In this document: positions 47,245 through 57,267 of the stretch, in pieces
Layout of the letters: the number at the start of each line of letters is the position of its first letter
How positions within the stretch are numbered: position 1 is the stretch's first letter
Assembly: GCA_964613985.1 (NCBI GenBank)
Contig: CAZTJD010000004.1
Coordinates: 16,666-80,665 of the forward strand
DNA from: an uncultured Anaerolineales bacterium
GTDB lineage: Bacteria > Chloroflexota > Anaerolineae > Anaerolineales > UBA11858
DNA: 64,000 nucleotides
Direction: 5' to 3'
Position numbers and translations under genes: made by a program
Notes under the pieces: model-generated
What the model saw: the letters and a program-made list of their open reading frames with translations, nothing else
What the model was told of the DNA's origin: nothing
The model's database searches: none

Positions 47245-50200
47245 ATGCGAAAAATACAATTAATTTCCTTTTACCTGACGCTCCTTGTTTTCCTAGGGCT
47301 GGCTTCCTGTACAACTATTTCCACCATAACGCCAACGATTACTGAGGTTTTACCTCCTTCTCTGACCCATACACCAACTCCAGCTCCCCCCGAAGAACCG
47401 ATTGTACTCATCAGCGAAGTACTTGCAGGTGTGGAAGGCAATAATAACTGCGAATTTATCGAACTCTATAACACTGGCACCCAAAAGCCGTTAGACCTAA
47501 AGGGATGGTCGTTGTGGTACAAACTCTCCAGCAACGATCCAGAAAAGCTGGTCGTCCGCTGGTCAAAACACAGCCTGGTTCCACCTCTGGGGCATTATCT
47601 CCTGGTCCGTCAGGGAGAAGATGTTGGAGTAGTAGCAGATAACTTTTTTGATGTACCCATGATTCCACAGCGGGGAAGCCTTCAACTCAGGTTGGCGGAT
47701 GGTGCTGTGGTGGATAGTATCACCTGGGGTAACGGCGATCTGAGTTATTCCGAAGGAAATCCAGCAAACCCAATGAAAAACGATCTGGCACTTGAACGTT
47801 TACCTGGTGGGCGCAAAGGGAATTGGGTTGACTCTCAGAATAACCAGGATGACTTCTCTTTCTCTTCACCAAACCCACAAAATGTGGGCAGTGTAATCAC
47901 ACCTGAACGCGAAGAAAGCTTAGCAATTACCATATCGGCGCCTGAGACGATCCCCCCAGGAGAATCATTTTCATACACGATCAGAGTGAGGAATAATACC
48001 AGCGAGTCCATCAAAGGAGTCAGTGTTCAATTCCCGATTTCACTTTTGCTAAATATTGTCTCGTTACCCAAGGAAATGGAAATCATTTATCAAGCCAGGT
48101 ATTGGGGTTTAGAACAAATTTCTAAGGCTGATCAAGTTATCCTATGGGAGGTGGGTTTACTGAAAGCTGGTTGCGAAGCAATCGCTTCCATTTCAGTCCA
48201 AGCCCCATGGACCTACACCGAGATCATGGTAACGAATTATTCCGTCCAGGCTGATGATTGGCCTTATCCCACTTTCGGAGGTTTGATCCGGACTGAGGTA
48301 GAAGGGGGCACAATTCCCATTGGTGCAGTAAAAGAACTGGTCGGAAAGGATGTTGTTGTCGAAGGAACCGCCACCATGTATACCGGAGGTTATTATGCAG
48401 GGGATGGGAATGTTAAATTCTATATTGAAGATGAGACCGGGGGTATTCAAGTATGGGTGCCAGATGGCGAAGGGCAGGTAGATATCAACATTGGTGACCA
48501 AGTACGGGTATTTGGTAACCTTACGGTCTACCGTGGTGCATTGGAATTGGTTGTAAACAACCCTGACGATGTCAAAATCCTTGCTGGGTCCGACAAAAAT
48601 CCAGAATGGTCCCCATTACCCTTAAGTATACGGGAAGCTGCAAATGACTCTTCCTTCGCTTGTAAACTGGTCCAAATTAAGGGGATTGTGGCGAGAAATG
48701 AGGAATTTTCCTATAGCTATGAACTAGACTTAATTGATGATGCTGGAGATATCATTACCCTTTATATCGATAAGCAGACCAATATCAATGTTGAGGCGAT
48801 CGAAATTGGGCAATACTATAAAGCCACAGGTATCCTGGATATATATGATATCAACCAGGAACTTTACCCGAGGGTGCAGGACGACCTGGAACGCGTCTAT
48901 CCACCGACCCTCACACTGGAGATGGACGCCCCAATACAAGTAACGCCTGATGAAGACATCACCATTACACTCACTGCGGTTAACTATACACCTGGTTTAC
49001 TTACCGACTTGGTCATTACGGCTACCTTGCCAAGGCGAGGCGGATTTCAAATTATTCACGCCTCAGAAGGTGGCAAGATCAACGGAAATAAAATCATCTG
49101 GACTTTTCCTGAATTAGCAGGGAATGGAGCAGATCTCAGTGTCAGCTATCAGGGAAAAGTTACTGCGGTCAATGAATACCTGGCCTTTCGTGAATATATA
49201 GCCGTTGCAAATGAATGGCCCGATCCAGTGGGGAGTGAGTCTTTTTTGATCTTTTTGGGGGACTCTGTTCCCATCTGGGCTATCCAGGGACCTGGTGACC
49301 GTTCACCATATCTATTTAAACAATTAAATACGGAAGGCATTGTCACTGGTGTCTTTCCAGAATTGCAGGGATTCTGGATTCAAGAAACGGAAACCGATAA
49401 TGGCCCATCAACAAGTTCGGGCCTTTTTATCTATACAGGTGAAATGGAAATTACGGTTGTCCCAGGAAATACAGTCAAAGTAAGGGGCATTGTAAGAGAA
49501 AAAGGCCAGCAGACTCAGTTGCTTGTCTCAAACCCTGATGATATCGAAAACCTCTTAATTGGAGGAAGCTTACCCACAGCCGTTCTTCTTGACCCCCCAC
49601 CCCTCGAAATTGATGCTAATGTTTATTATGAGAGTCTGGAGGGGATGTTAGTAGAAGTGAAAGATTCTGGCATAGCAGTAGCGCCAACCTCGCAATATGG
49701 GGAATATGTCCTTGTGTTGGCAAAACATGGGATCAACCGACTCTGGCAGGGAGATTTTCTTCATAATGGGTTGGCTATCATGGTCGATGATGGTAGTTCT
49801 TCTATCCACACTAATCGGTCCGATCTCCCTTACGTAGTTAATACTGGTGATCAAGTCACTGGTTTAATGGGTCCCCTAGCTTTTGCTTTTGGGCGATTTA
49901 AGCTCGAACCTATTGTACAGCCCCAGGTGCAATCCAGCGAAATCCTATTACCACATCTTGACACGGTCGATGAGAACGCTTTCAGCATCATGACCTGGAA
50001 CGTAGAAAATCTTTTTGACGTTCTGGACCCTCACCCATCCAGTCCTGAAAAACCTGCCCTGCGTGATTATAAGATTTCCATTACAAAGGTGGCTAACACC
50101 ATACTTTATGCCGGTGCACCAACAATCGTTGCCTTACAAGAAGTAGAGAACATCGCTATCCTGGAAGATATTGCCAAACATGAAGTATTGGATAAATTTG

Positions 50201-50814
50201 GATACCAACCTTTCCTTATCGAAGGCACTGACAGTCGTTATATCGACAACGGGTACCTGGTTCGAACAGATATCGCCAAGGTGCTGGAAGTTGAACAGCT
50301 TATCGCGCCAGATGGTCTCACCAGCCGTCCACCGCTGCGGATCCTGGTCGAAATTCAAACAGAATCGGGACCGCTGCGCGCTAATCTCTTGAATAACCAT
50401 TTTACTTCCATGTCTGGCGGTGAAAGTGCCACCGAACCACAGCGGATCGCTCAGGCAGCATGGAACGCAACCATTACCAATGAACTCCTTGCCGAAGAAC
50501 CGGATGCACTGATCGTTGTCCTGGGAGATCTCAATTCATTCTATGAGTCAACTCCTCTGGACACGCTTCGAGACTCGGGTTTCCGACATGTTTTTGAGAT
50601 TGATCCTGAAGCAGGTTGGTATTCCTATATCTATGAGGGGGTTTCCCAAACCTTGGATCACATCCTGATAACCCCAAATCTATTCGATTTGTTGCGGAAG
50701 GTGGTGGTTTTACATGTCAATGCGGATTACGCTTTACCTGAAAGCGGAGACGATTCCCCCATCAGGAAATCAGACCATGACCCAGTCATCGCTATTTTTT
50801 CACTGACGGAATGA
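47245..50814 (+). CDS. ExeM/NucH-type extracellular nuclease lipoprotein (LTD, OB-fold-like modules and EEP domain)
   Basis: Lipobox LGLASC. Lamin-tail domain (ISEVLAGVEGNNNCEFIELYN). C-terminal endonuclease/exonuclease/phosphatase domain (FSIMTWNVENLFD...SDHDPV). Confidence 0.8.
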   Translation: MRKIQLISFYLTLLVFLGLASCTTISTITPTITEVLPPSLTHTPTPAPPEEPIVLISEVLAGVEGNNNCEFIELYNTGTQKPLDLKGWSLWYKLSSNDPEKLVVRWSKHSLVPPLGHYLLVRQGEDVGVVADNFFDVPMIPQRGSLQLRLADGAVVDSITWGNGDLSYSEGNPANPMKNDLALERLPGGRKGNWVDSQNNQDDFSFSSPNPQNVGSVITPEREESLAITISAPETIPPGESFSYTIRVRNNTSESIKGVSVQFPISLLLNIVSLPKEMEIIYQARYWGLEQISKADQVILWEVGLLKAGCEAIASISVQAPWTYTEIMVTNYSVQADDWPYPTFGGLIRTEVEGGTIPIGAVKELVGKDVVVEGTATMYTGGYYAGDGNVKFYIEDETGGIQVWVPDGEGQVDINIGDQVRVFGNLTVYRGALELVVNNPDDVKILAGSDKNPEWSPLPLSIREAANDSSFACKLVQIKGIVARNEEFSYSYELDLIDDAGDIITLYIDKQTNINVEAIEIGQYYKATGILDIYDINQELYPRVQDDLERVYPPTLTLEMDAPIQVTPDEDITITLTAVNYTPGLLTDLVITATLPRRGGFQIIHASEGGKINGNKIIWTFPELAGNGADLSVSYQGKVTAVNEYLAFREYIAVANEWPDPVGSESFLIFLGDSVPIWAIQGPGDRSPYLFKQLNTEGIVTGVFPELQGFWIQETETDNGPSTSSGLFIYTGEMEITVVPGNTVKVRGIVREKGQQTQLLVSNPDDIENLLIGGSLPTAVLLDPPPLEIDANVYYESLEGMLVEVKDSGIAVAPTSQYGEYVLVLAKHGINRLWQGDFLHNGLAIMVDDGSSSIHTNRSDLPYVVNTGDQVTGLMGPLAFAFGRFKLEPIVQPQVQSSEILLPHLDTVDENAFSIMTWNVENLFDVLDPHPSSPEKPALRDYKISITKVANTILYAGAPTIVALQEVENIAILEDIAKHEVLDKFGYQPFLIEGTDSRYIDNGYLVRTDIAKVLEVEQLIAPDGLTSRPPLRILVEIQTESGPLRANLLNNHFTSMSGGESATEPQRIAQAAWNATITNELLAEEPDALIVVLGDLNSFYESTPLDTLRDSGFRHVFEIDPEAGWYSYIYEGVSQTLDHILITPNLFDLLRKVVVLHVNADYALPESGDDSPIRKSDHDPVIAIFSLTE

Positions 50815-50932
50815 ACTCAAAATAAGCCATTACGGGTTAAAATAAAAACAAAGTCCTCTATCATATCCAAGGGACATTGTTGGGTTTTTGAGGTGTTAGA
50901 ATCCAAGTTATGGCATTAATCCCTTTAATCAA

Positions 50933-51478
50933 TCAAAATAGGTGGGAATATGGGATCATAACCAAAGGAATGACGCGAACGTTTAGCCACCCGATTAATA
51001 TACCCAGTATAGCCCCGGCAACCACATCGGATAAATAATGAACCCCCATCGCAACCCTGGCAATCGCAACCAGGGGAGCCCATAGTATCAGCAAGATAGC
51101 GAACCAGGCAGGTCCAAGTCCAATCGCCATCACTGCCAGCATAAAGGATCTTGTCGCGTGCCCTGAAGGGAAAGAATGTGGATCTGTGCTGCGATAAATT
51201 CCTCCCCACTCTCCTTCTGGGCGTCTACGCCGTATTGTAAACTTGATCAATAAGACAACCAAAGCAGTAATGATCACACCAATCCCCAAGATGAACGCTC
51301 GTGGTCCCCAAAAAGAGTCCCGAAAGAACCACACGAATAACAAGCTCAACCCCCAAAACCAGGAATCACCTGAATGAGCGAAAAATTGAGCAACTGAACG
51401 TAAAATCCCCGGTTTTTCTGCGATCCGCAGCCGGGCGGATAACCTGGTGTCCAGTGCTAAAATTCCTCTAAGTCTCAT
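50933..51478 (-). CDS. PAP2-family phosphatase (membrane)
   Basis: PSGHATRS and RVAMGVHYLSDVVAG are PAP2 motifs. Confidence 0.8.
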   Translation of the reverse strand: MRLRGILALDTRLSARLRIAEKPGILRSVAQFFAHSGDSWFWGLSLLFVWFFRDSFWGPRAFILGIGVIITALVVLLIKFTIRRRRPEGEWGGIYRSTDPHSFPSGHATRSFMLAVMAIGLGPAWFAILLILWAPLVAIARVAMGVHYLSDVVAGAILGILIGWLNVRVIPLVMIPYSHLF

Positions 51479-52250
51479 ACTCCATTCTTTTCTTTAAATC
51501 TGCTTTCAGAAGTTTTAGCTGATTGGGTTTATCAACATCCATTCCGATTTCTGCATAGGGACTGATTAGAACCTTTCCCTTCAAATCTAGTCGTTTTGCG
51601 ATGGTTCGAACAGCTTCATCCAAAGTTAAGCGCCTCAGTAGTAACATCAACAAAGTGTCATAACCTATTAAAGATGCCTGCTTAAAAGCATTTTTACGAG
51701 CAGCAATGAGCCTGTTCCAGATCTTATCTCGACCAGCCGCCACCTCGGCGCGGAAAATAATGATATCGCCACCACAAATTTCTAAATCCTTAAACCTTAT
51801 ATAGGAGCGATTAGAACCTGGAAATCGCGATTCCATTACTTTACGTGGAATAGCAAGGTAAAAGATATCGGCATCTATTCCAACAGCGCTTTCCACCATC
51901 CAGTCGATCATTTCGCTGGTAATTGCTGGTATATCAGATGATATCAGCATTACATACTCAGCCCTGGGATTAATCTCCACTACTGCTTTAACACCTGCTC
52001 GAATATTCTCCAACATCGATCTATGGTTAGTTACAAAAAACATAGGTTTTGCACAACTTACTCTATCCGTATCTTCAATCCCGACAACCACAATGTTTTC
52101 TATATTTTCCACAGAGTTAACCGCATCCAACACCCATTGAATCATGGGTTTACCAGCCACATCGATTACAGCTTTCAATTCACCCATGGCATAAGGGTAG
52201 AGGTTATCATCGGGTTTTGGAATACCACCTGCTGTTATGATAGCGTCCAT
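51468..52250 (-). CDS. Nucleotidyltransferase (MobA-like NTP-transferase family)
   Basis: The MDAIITAGGIP...G N-terminal glycine-rich NTP-transferase motif. The ORF overlaps the PAP2 gene by 11 nt. Confidence 0.7.
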   Translation of the reverse strand: MDAIITAGGIPKPDDNLYPYAMGELKAVIDVAGKPMIQWVLDAVNSVENIENIVVVGIEDTDRVSCAKPMFFVTNHRSMLENIRAGVKAVVEINPRAEYVMLISSDIPAITSEMIDWMVESAVGIDADIFYLAIPRKVMESRFPGSNRSYIRFKDLEICGGDIIIFRAEVAAGRDKIWNRLIAARKNAFKQASLIGYDTLLMLLLRRLTLDEAVRTIAKRLDLKGKVLISPYAEIGMDVDKPNQLKLLKADLKKRMEYET

Positions 52251-52251
52251 A

Positions 52252-53157
52252 TCAGTTTAATTCCTGAATTTGCGGTTTAAAATTTAATCTGGAAAGAATT
52301 TTCCCAAGCTCGCTTTGAGTTAACGGGCGACCCGTACCCGAAACTGCAACCAAGGCCGCTTCCATCATGTTGGTTCCGAAAGAACGACCTTCAAGGACGG
52401 GTGTGGATGTGATTAAATATTTTACACCAACAGAACAAAATAACCCAATGTCTTCTTTAGTGGTTGTATTGGTCACAATTACCTTACCATGCATATCTTC
52501 CGGCATATAACGCTTGACATAGTGACAATCTCCAGCTGTTACTGTTGCCCAATGGAAAATGTCTTGATGTTTGGGCTTTCGTTCTTCCTGCTTGTCTCCA
52601 GTAGGATAGAGCCATTCAAAAGGGATACGACTGGCAATGGGAATCAACAGTGCTGCTAATAATTTAAGCTGCTTCTCCGTATGAAGCGGAATAGGGATCC
52701 CTAACGAGAATAACAGGTCACCGAAAGTACATTGATAACCATTGTCAAGAAAAGACCGAGCTAATCCCCAACGATCAGCGCCCGTCATGATTAAAACTTT
52801 CTTACCGTGTTGATCCATGTACTCAGGAATGTTATTCTTGATGAAATCAGCAACTGTAGCTTCCAAAGTGAGTTTCAGTCCCGAACCATCAACCACAGGT
52901 GTCTTTTCAATAAAGCGGATCATCGGCTTGACCGAATGGAGCGCATACCATTTATCGCCAACTGTTAAGCCCATGTCAGCCCCTCCTACCCCAAAGGCAT
53001 CTACCTGACCATCTAATTCTTTGTAGAGTTGAGCCGCCTTTTCCATATCTCCATTCGTGCCGATTCGCTCAATAAGGACTTTCTCATCGAGTAGTTCAAT
53101 CACAACTGATTTGTCTCGCCTGGAAGACCCAAGACTTACACTAACTGCTCTTTTCAT
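52252..53157 (-). CDS. Conserved protein of unverified function (family often auto-annotated as quinate 5-dehydrogenase-like)
   Basis: MKRAVSVSLGSSRRDKSVVIELLDEKVLIERIGTNGDMEKA...VDAFGVGGAD is a family pattern I recognise from memory only. I chose ATG 53157. Confidence 0.55.
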   Translation of the reverse strand: MKRAVSVSLGSSRRDKSVVIELLDEKVLIERIGTNGDMEKAAQLYKELDGQVDAFGVGGADMGLTVGDKWYALHSVKPMIRFIEKTPVVDGSGLKLTLEATVADFIKNNIPEYMDQHGKKVLIMTGADRWGLARSFLDNGYQCTFGDLLFSLGIPIPLHTEKQLKLLAALLIPIASRIPFEWLYPTGDKQEERKPKHQDIFHWATVTAGDCHYVKRYMPEDMHGKVIVTNTTTKEDIGLFCSVGVKYLITSTPVLEGRSFGTNMMEAALVAVSGTGRPLTQSELGKILSRLNFKPQIQELN

Positions 53158-53285
53158 ATCTCTCTCCAAAAAAGTATATCCAATAATACCTGATTTTGTA
53201 GTTCTTCGTCTTTCGAAATGTCTGACAAGCATTTGCCAGTATACACCTAAAACATCTATAACGAAACTTTCTAAAGTGTAGTTAA

Positions 53286-53314
53286 TTGCAAGTCCTTAAC
53301 CTGAGGGTTATAAT
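53286..53314 (+). promoter_or_regulatory. Sigma-70-type promoter of ilvE
   Basis: TTGCAA, a 17-nt spacer, then TATAAT. The SD gaaggag precedes the start. Confidence 0.5.
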
Positions 53315-53352
53315 CGAAAAACAAAAAGGTTAAAACCTACGAAGAAGGAGAA

Positions 53353-54279
53353 ATGATGGATCTTCCAAACTACGCATACTTTCAAGGCGAGATCGTTCCC
53401 TATGAAAAAGCAAAGGTGGGTGTACTGACCCATGCCCTAAATTATGGTACTGCCGCTTTCGGAGGCTTACGAGGCTATTGGAACAACGAACAAGAACAGC
53501 TTTTCATCTTCCGTCCGTTGGAACATTTCCGGCGTCTGTTAAATTCCGCAAAATTATTACGAATGTCCTTTGATCTCACCCCGCAATGTCTGACCAATAT
53601 CACCATTAAATTGCTTCAGACAGAAGGCTATCGTCAAGATGTGTACATCCGCCCTCTGGTTTACAAGTCGGATGAAGTGATAGGGGTTCGCCTTCACGAT
53701 TTGAAAGAAGACCTGAGCATTGTCTCAATTCCATATGGATTGTACGTGAAAAATGATACCAATGCTCATTTAACTGTCTCCTCCTGGCGGCGTATAGACG
53801 ATAACGTCATCCCGGCACGGGGTAAAATCAGCGGTGCCTATGCTAATTCATCCCTGATCAAATCAGATGCAGCACTCAATGGATTCGATGATGCTGTTGT
53901 GCTGAACCAAAACGGTCATATTTCGGAAGGGAGTGCCATGAATATCTTCATGGTTCGAGATGGGATACTGATTACACCCCCGGTAACCGAAAACGTCCTA
54001 GAAGGCATCACTCGAAAGAGCGTGATCTTTCTTGCGGAAAAGGAAATGGGGTTGAAAGTATGGGAACGCCCCATTGATCGAACAGAATTACTGATCTGTG
54101 AGGAAATTTTCCTTTCTGGCACAGCTGTACAGATAACTGCAGTGACCCAGATAGATCATATACCTGTAGGAGATGGTCAAATTGGTCCTATTGCGACCAG
54201 ATTGCGCGAGTTGTTTTTCGAAGTTGTTAGAGGACGCAATTCTGTCTATAAAGATTGGGTTACACCTGTTTACGATTAA
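53353..54279 (+). CDS. ilvE: Branched-chain amino acid aminotransferase
   Basis: Class IV aminotransferase pattern (YFQGEIVPYEKAKV, HALNYGTAAFGGLRGY, EGITRKSV). Confidence 0.9.
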   Translation: MMDLPNYAYFQGEIVPYEKAKVGVLTHALNYGTAAFGGLRGYWNNEQEQLFIFRPLEHFRRLLNSAKLLRMSFDLTPQCLTNITIKLLQTEGYRQDVYIRPLVYKSDEVIGVRLHDLKEDLSIVSIPYGLYVKNDTNAHLTVSSWRRIDDNVIPARGKISGAYANSSLIKSDAALNGFDDAVVLNQNGHISEGSAMNIFMVRDGILITPPVTENVLEGITRKSVIFLAEKEMGLKVWERPIDRTELLICEEIFLSGTAVQITAVTQIDHIPVGDGQIGPIATRLRELFFEVVRGRNSVYKDWVTPVYD

Positions 54280-54368
54280 TTGCTTGGATTCTCTTGTTAA
54301 GGGTTCCAGAGGATATCAATCACCTTGATCATTAACAAGACCCTGATGTTTTAGTTGAATCCAAGCAG
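54280..54368 (+). other. Long three-tier hairpin abutting the ilvE stop codon
   Basis: Outer stem of 11 bp, TGCTTGGATTC/GAATCCAAGCA (54281-54291 paired with 54357-54367). Inner stem of 9 bp, TCTTGTTAA/TTAACAAGA (54292-54300 paired with 54332-54340). Apical ATCAA/TTGAT stem. No U-tract follows. Confidence 0.45.
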
Positions 54369-54633
54369 AACAGATTATCGAACATAATACAACCAGATGG
54401 TATATTCTAGTAATTTCGAAATTTCTTGGGTTCTCCCATCACATTATCTGGTATTTCTTATGGAAACGCATATCCCTAACATGCAGAATAACAGCAACAT
54501 TCGCCTCCTGATAGAGGAAATGAACATCGGATTCAGAAATTGAATACTGTTTTGACTATAGGTGTCAAAAACCGCCCCAGTGGTTGACAAATCCAATTTG
54601 CTTTCAGCAAATTACTGGTATAAAGAACTGCCT

Positions 54634-55959
54634 TCAAAGGGGACGTACGTTTGAGGTTCTTTTTGGAAAGAGGAACTTCACTAAAGCCCTGCCTTGATCA
54701 TTCCTGGCGCTACAATCAGGCAAGGAATTGCTTAATTCTGAATAAGATTTATAGCCAACTAACACCTGCAAAAAGGATAAATCTGGAAAGAGTACATCTC
54801 CATCCATGTGGCTTTCTGGCAGGTATTCTTCAACACAAATTATCTTCCCTTTCTCGAGTTGAATTTTCAAACCTGAACGATAGAAATTTAATCTTAAATC
54901 TCCTGAATAACCAACCGCAACAGATTCTGCCAGGCGTTTTTCCAACACTGGGCTAATATGATTCATAAAATCCACCAGATCAGGCAGTCGAATATACCAG
55001 GCATAAGGGGGTTTAACACAAGGCATACATTCTGGGAGTGCGTCGTAGGCGGGGTGTTCGACACCTAGTTCTAATGTATATCCTTGGAAATTAATATCTT
55101 CCTTACTCTGTGCGAATCCCAAACCGGTTTTATCAAGGTATCGTAAAACACTAGGAGTGACTTCCAGGTAAGATATCCCTGGTTTTAGCTCATAATCCCA
55201 CAAGTTTATCGTTGGGGACCAAATCTCTTTCGGATGACATAAATATCCAAGGCGTTCACGATCAAGACCCTCGATGACCATCCAGATGGAAGATGCCTTT
55301 TCCCTCTTACCAAAAACCTCTTTTTGCCATATCTTTTCTGTGCGGACACAGGAGATCAGACTACGTCGTGCTGCCTGTTGATAAACTTCTGAGATGAAAG
55401 GGATATCGTCTGGCTTGGCGATACGAAAAAAATATATTTCATCTTCTTCTTTCGGGAGCTTAGGGACATGAAGGCGGTATCCTACCCGAGACCCACCCAG
55501 GTTCAAACACATCTCGTAACCAAACTGGCGATAATAATTCGGAATACCTGTTATTGCCTGCATTTTATGACCGCGTTCCTCGCTCCACTGATGAATGACT
55601 TGAAACTGTTCCCGAACCAGGCCACGACGACGGTATTCAGGATCTGTACCCACAAGTTCAGGACGTCCAACCCCAAATTCGATCCCATCGTAACTCCAGG
55701 TTTGAGGTATCAAATTCAAGCTGGAAACGATCTTTTCCTTTTTTGTGTCTATAACCACAGTGAAATCTGACGGCTTCAAAGTTGGATGCTTACCTGTCAT
55801 CATGTCTCTGACTAGGTTGTCAATGAAATCGTTGGGTTCTTCATCATCAAGATCCTTATGGATATTGCTGTTAAAGACCGCTAAGGCATCGATGTCATCA
55901 ATCGTTGCACGTCGCAAGATTAAACCATCCCTTAGTTCTTTTATTATTTCATCCGACAT
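54634..55959 (-). CDS. GNAT-family N-acetyltransferase, Eis-like architecture
   Basis: 441-aa ORF. The N-terminal GNAT core carries RRRGLVREQF (acetyl-CoA loop), followed by a long C-terminal extension as in Eis-type enzymes. Confidence 0.65.
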   Translation of the reverse strand: MSDEIIKELRDGLILRRATIDDIDALAVFNSNIHKDLDDEEPNDFIDNLVRDMMTGKHPTLKPSDFTVVIDTKKEKIVSSLNLIPQTWSYDGIEFGVGRPELVGTDPEYRRRGLVREQFQVIHQWSEERGHKMQAITGIPNYYRQFGYEMCLNLGGSRVGYRLHVPKLPKEEDEIYFFRIAKPDDIPFISEVYQQAARRSLISCVRTEKIWQKEVFGKREKASSIWMVIEGLDRERLGYLCHPKEIWSPTINLWDYELKPGISYLEVTPSVLRYLDKTGLGFAQSKEDINFQGYTLELGVEHPAYDALPECMPCVKPPYAWYIRLPDLVDFMNHISPVLEKRLAESVAVGYSGDLRLNFYRSGLKIQLEKGKIICVEEYLPESHMDGDVLFPDLSFLQVLVGYKSYSELSNSLPDCSARNDQGRALVKFLFPKRTSNVRPL

Positions 55960-55992
55960 AATTGTCCACTCTCTCTCATTGTTTCATTTTCT

Positions 55993-56814
55993 TCAGTTCA
56001 TAAGGTCACGGGGTAAATCAATATCCACTCCATTCCTTTTTAGTGCTTTTATCGCGGCTGTAATTGTCTTACTTTCCCCCTGCTTGGAAGCAATTTGCCG
56101 AAGAATGGTAGAGACTTCTACTGGATAACCTGTAACCCAGGAAGCTGATAAGACTCTGCAGATCACCCAGTCGTTTGGGTCAGGAACTTTACTCCACCCT
56201 GAAAGCAAATCCAGCACTGGAAGGGTAACACCATTATTCCCTAATACAGTTAAGGCATCAACAATTGCACTATTTACTTCATCATTCTTCTCGTTTACCA
56301 TAGAATACAACAGGTCGGCTATCTCTGATGGGTACAAATCCACCAACGTAGGGAGAAAAATCAGGGCAGTTTGACGCAGTCTTGGTGAAGTGCTTCCTAT
56401 CCAACTTTTGCCCAAATTGAATACTTTACTAGCATTCGTTGTTTTTAATTCAATTAAAGTTCTCCCCAGGGATAACCTTACATCCGAACGGGGGTCAGAA
56501 CCTCCCTGCTGGAGGTCATCCAGGGTTGTATTATTAACTTTCAAAAAACGATGGGCCAATGCTGTTGCCCCAATGGCTCTACCCGCCACAAGGGGATGCC
56601 GCAATAGAGGACGAAGCAAGGAGGATGATAAAGCAGACAACTTTTCCCCAACTGGAAGAACCACCTTGGTAATGAAACCATCACTCATATGATCATTGCC
56701 AGACACACCTGGCAGCCTGAGGAGACCATTTAAAGCAATATCAACGGCTTCAGGCCGTTTCAGCTGTACAGCAGTATTTACATCCCGAAACAATTGTTTG
56801 AGTTCAGATTTCAT
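55993..56814 (-). CDS. HEAT/ARM-like repeat protein (DNA alkylation repair-like fold)
   Basis: Helical-repeat composition and a family-like spacing of W/R residues. The assignment is weak. Confidence 0.45.
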   Translation of the reverse strand: MKSELKQLFRDVNTAVQLKRPEAVDIALNGLLRLPGVSGNDHMSDGFITKVVLPVGEKLSALSSSLLRPLLRHPLVAGRAIGATALAHRFLKVNNTTLDDLQQGGSDPRSDVRLSLGRTLIELKTTNASKVFNLGKSWIGSTSPRLRQTALIFLPTLVDLYPSEIADLLYSMVNEKNDEVNSAIVDALTVLGNNGVTLPVLDLLSGWSKVPDPNDWVICRVLSASWVTGYPVEVSTILRQIASKQGESKTITAAIKALKRNGVDIDLPRDLMN

Positions 56815-57219
56815 GCTTTTTAAACAGTGTTTCTAATTCTTCAGCTCTCAATAATCCTTCTGCAGTTCCTTTGTCTCCAACTTTTAGATCAAAATTTATC
56901 TGGCGTTTCCCGCAATCATCAGATAAGATTACAGAGTGGCGATTTCTCTCGCACTACAACTTATAAAATCATCCGCGATACCATCCCGAACGAGTTTATT
57001 TCTAACCCAATTTGTCGCTGCGTTCTATCCAATAATTGATAAGAAAAATACTTCATCACCGGGCTGAGTTAACGCTTTGGAAATATTATAGCCTACGCCT
57101 GACACGGAAGCATGAATCATGTTAAAAAAATACCTCACCGGCATATGTGGTATAGGGAAATGATCGACGCACAAGGTTGTTTCGATATCAATTAAAACCG
57201 AGACCAGTATAGAAATCAT
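56815..57219 (-). pseudogene. Unassigned degraded coding remnant
   Basis: The 64-aa ORF (57025-57219) continues past an in-frame TAG as NAATNWVRNKLVRDGIADDF.... It then changes frame to ...GTAEGLLRAEELETLFKKHEI, which ends in an ATGA-type overlap with the next gene. No family was recognised. Confidence 0.3.
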
Positions 57220-57267
57220 TTCTTCAAGAAAAGGGAGATGTGGGATTGTGCGAACAAATTTTGAGGA

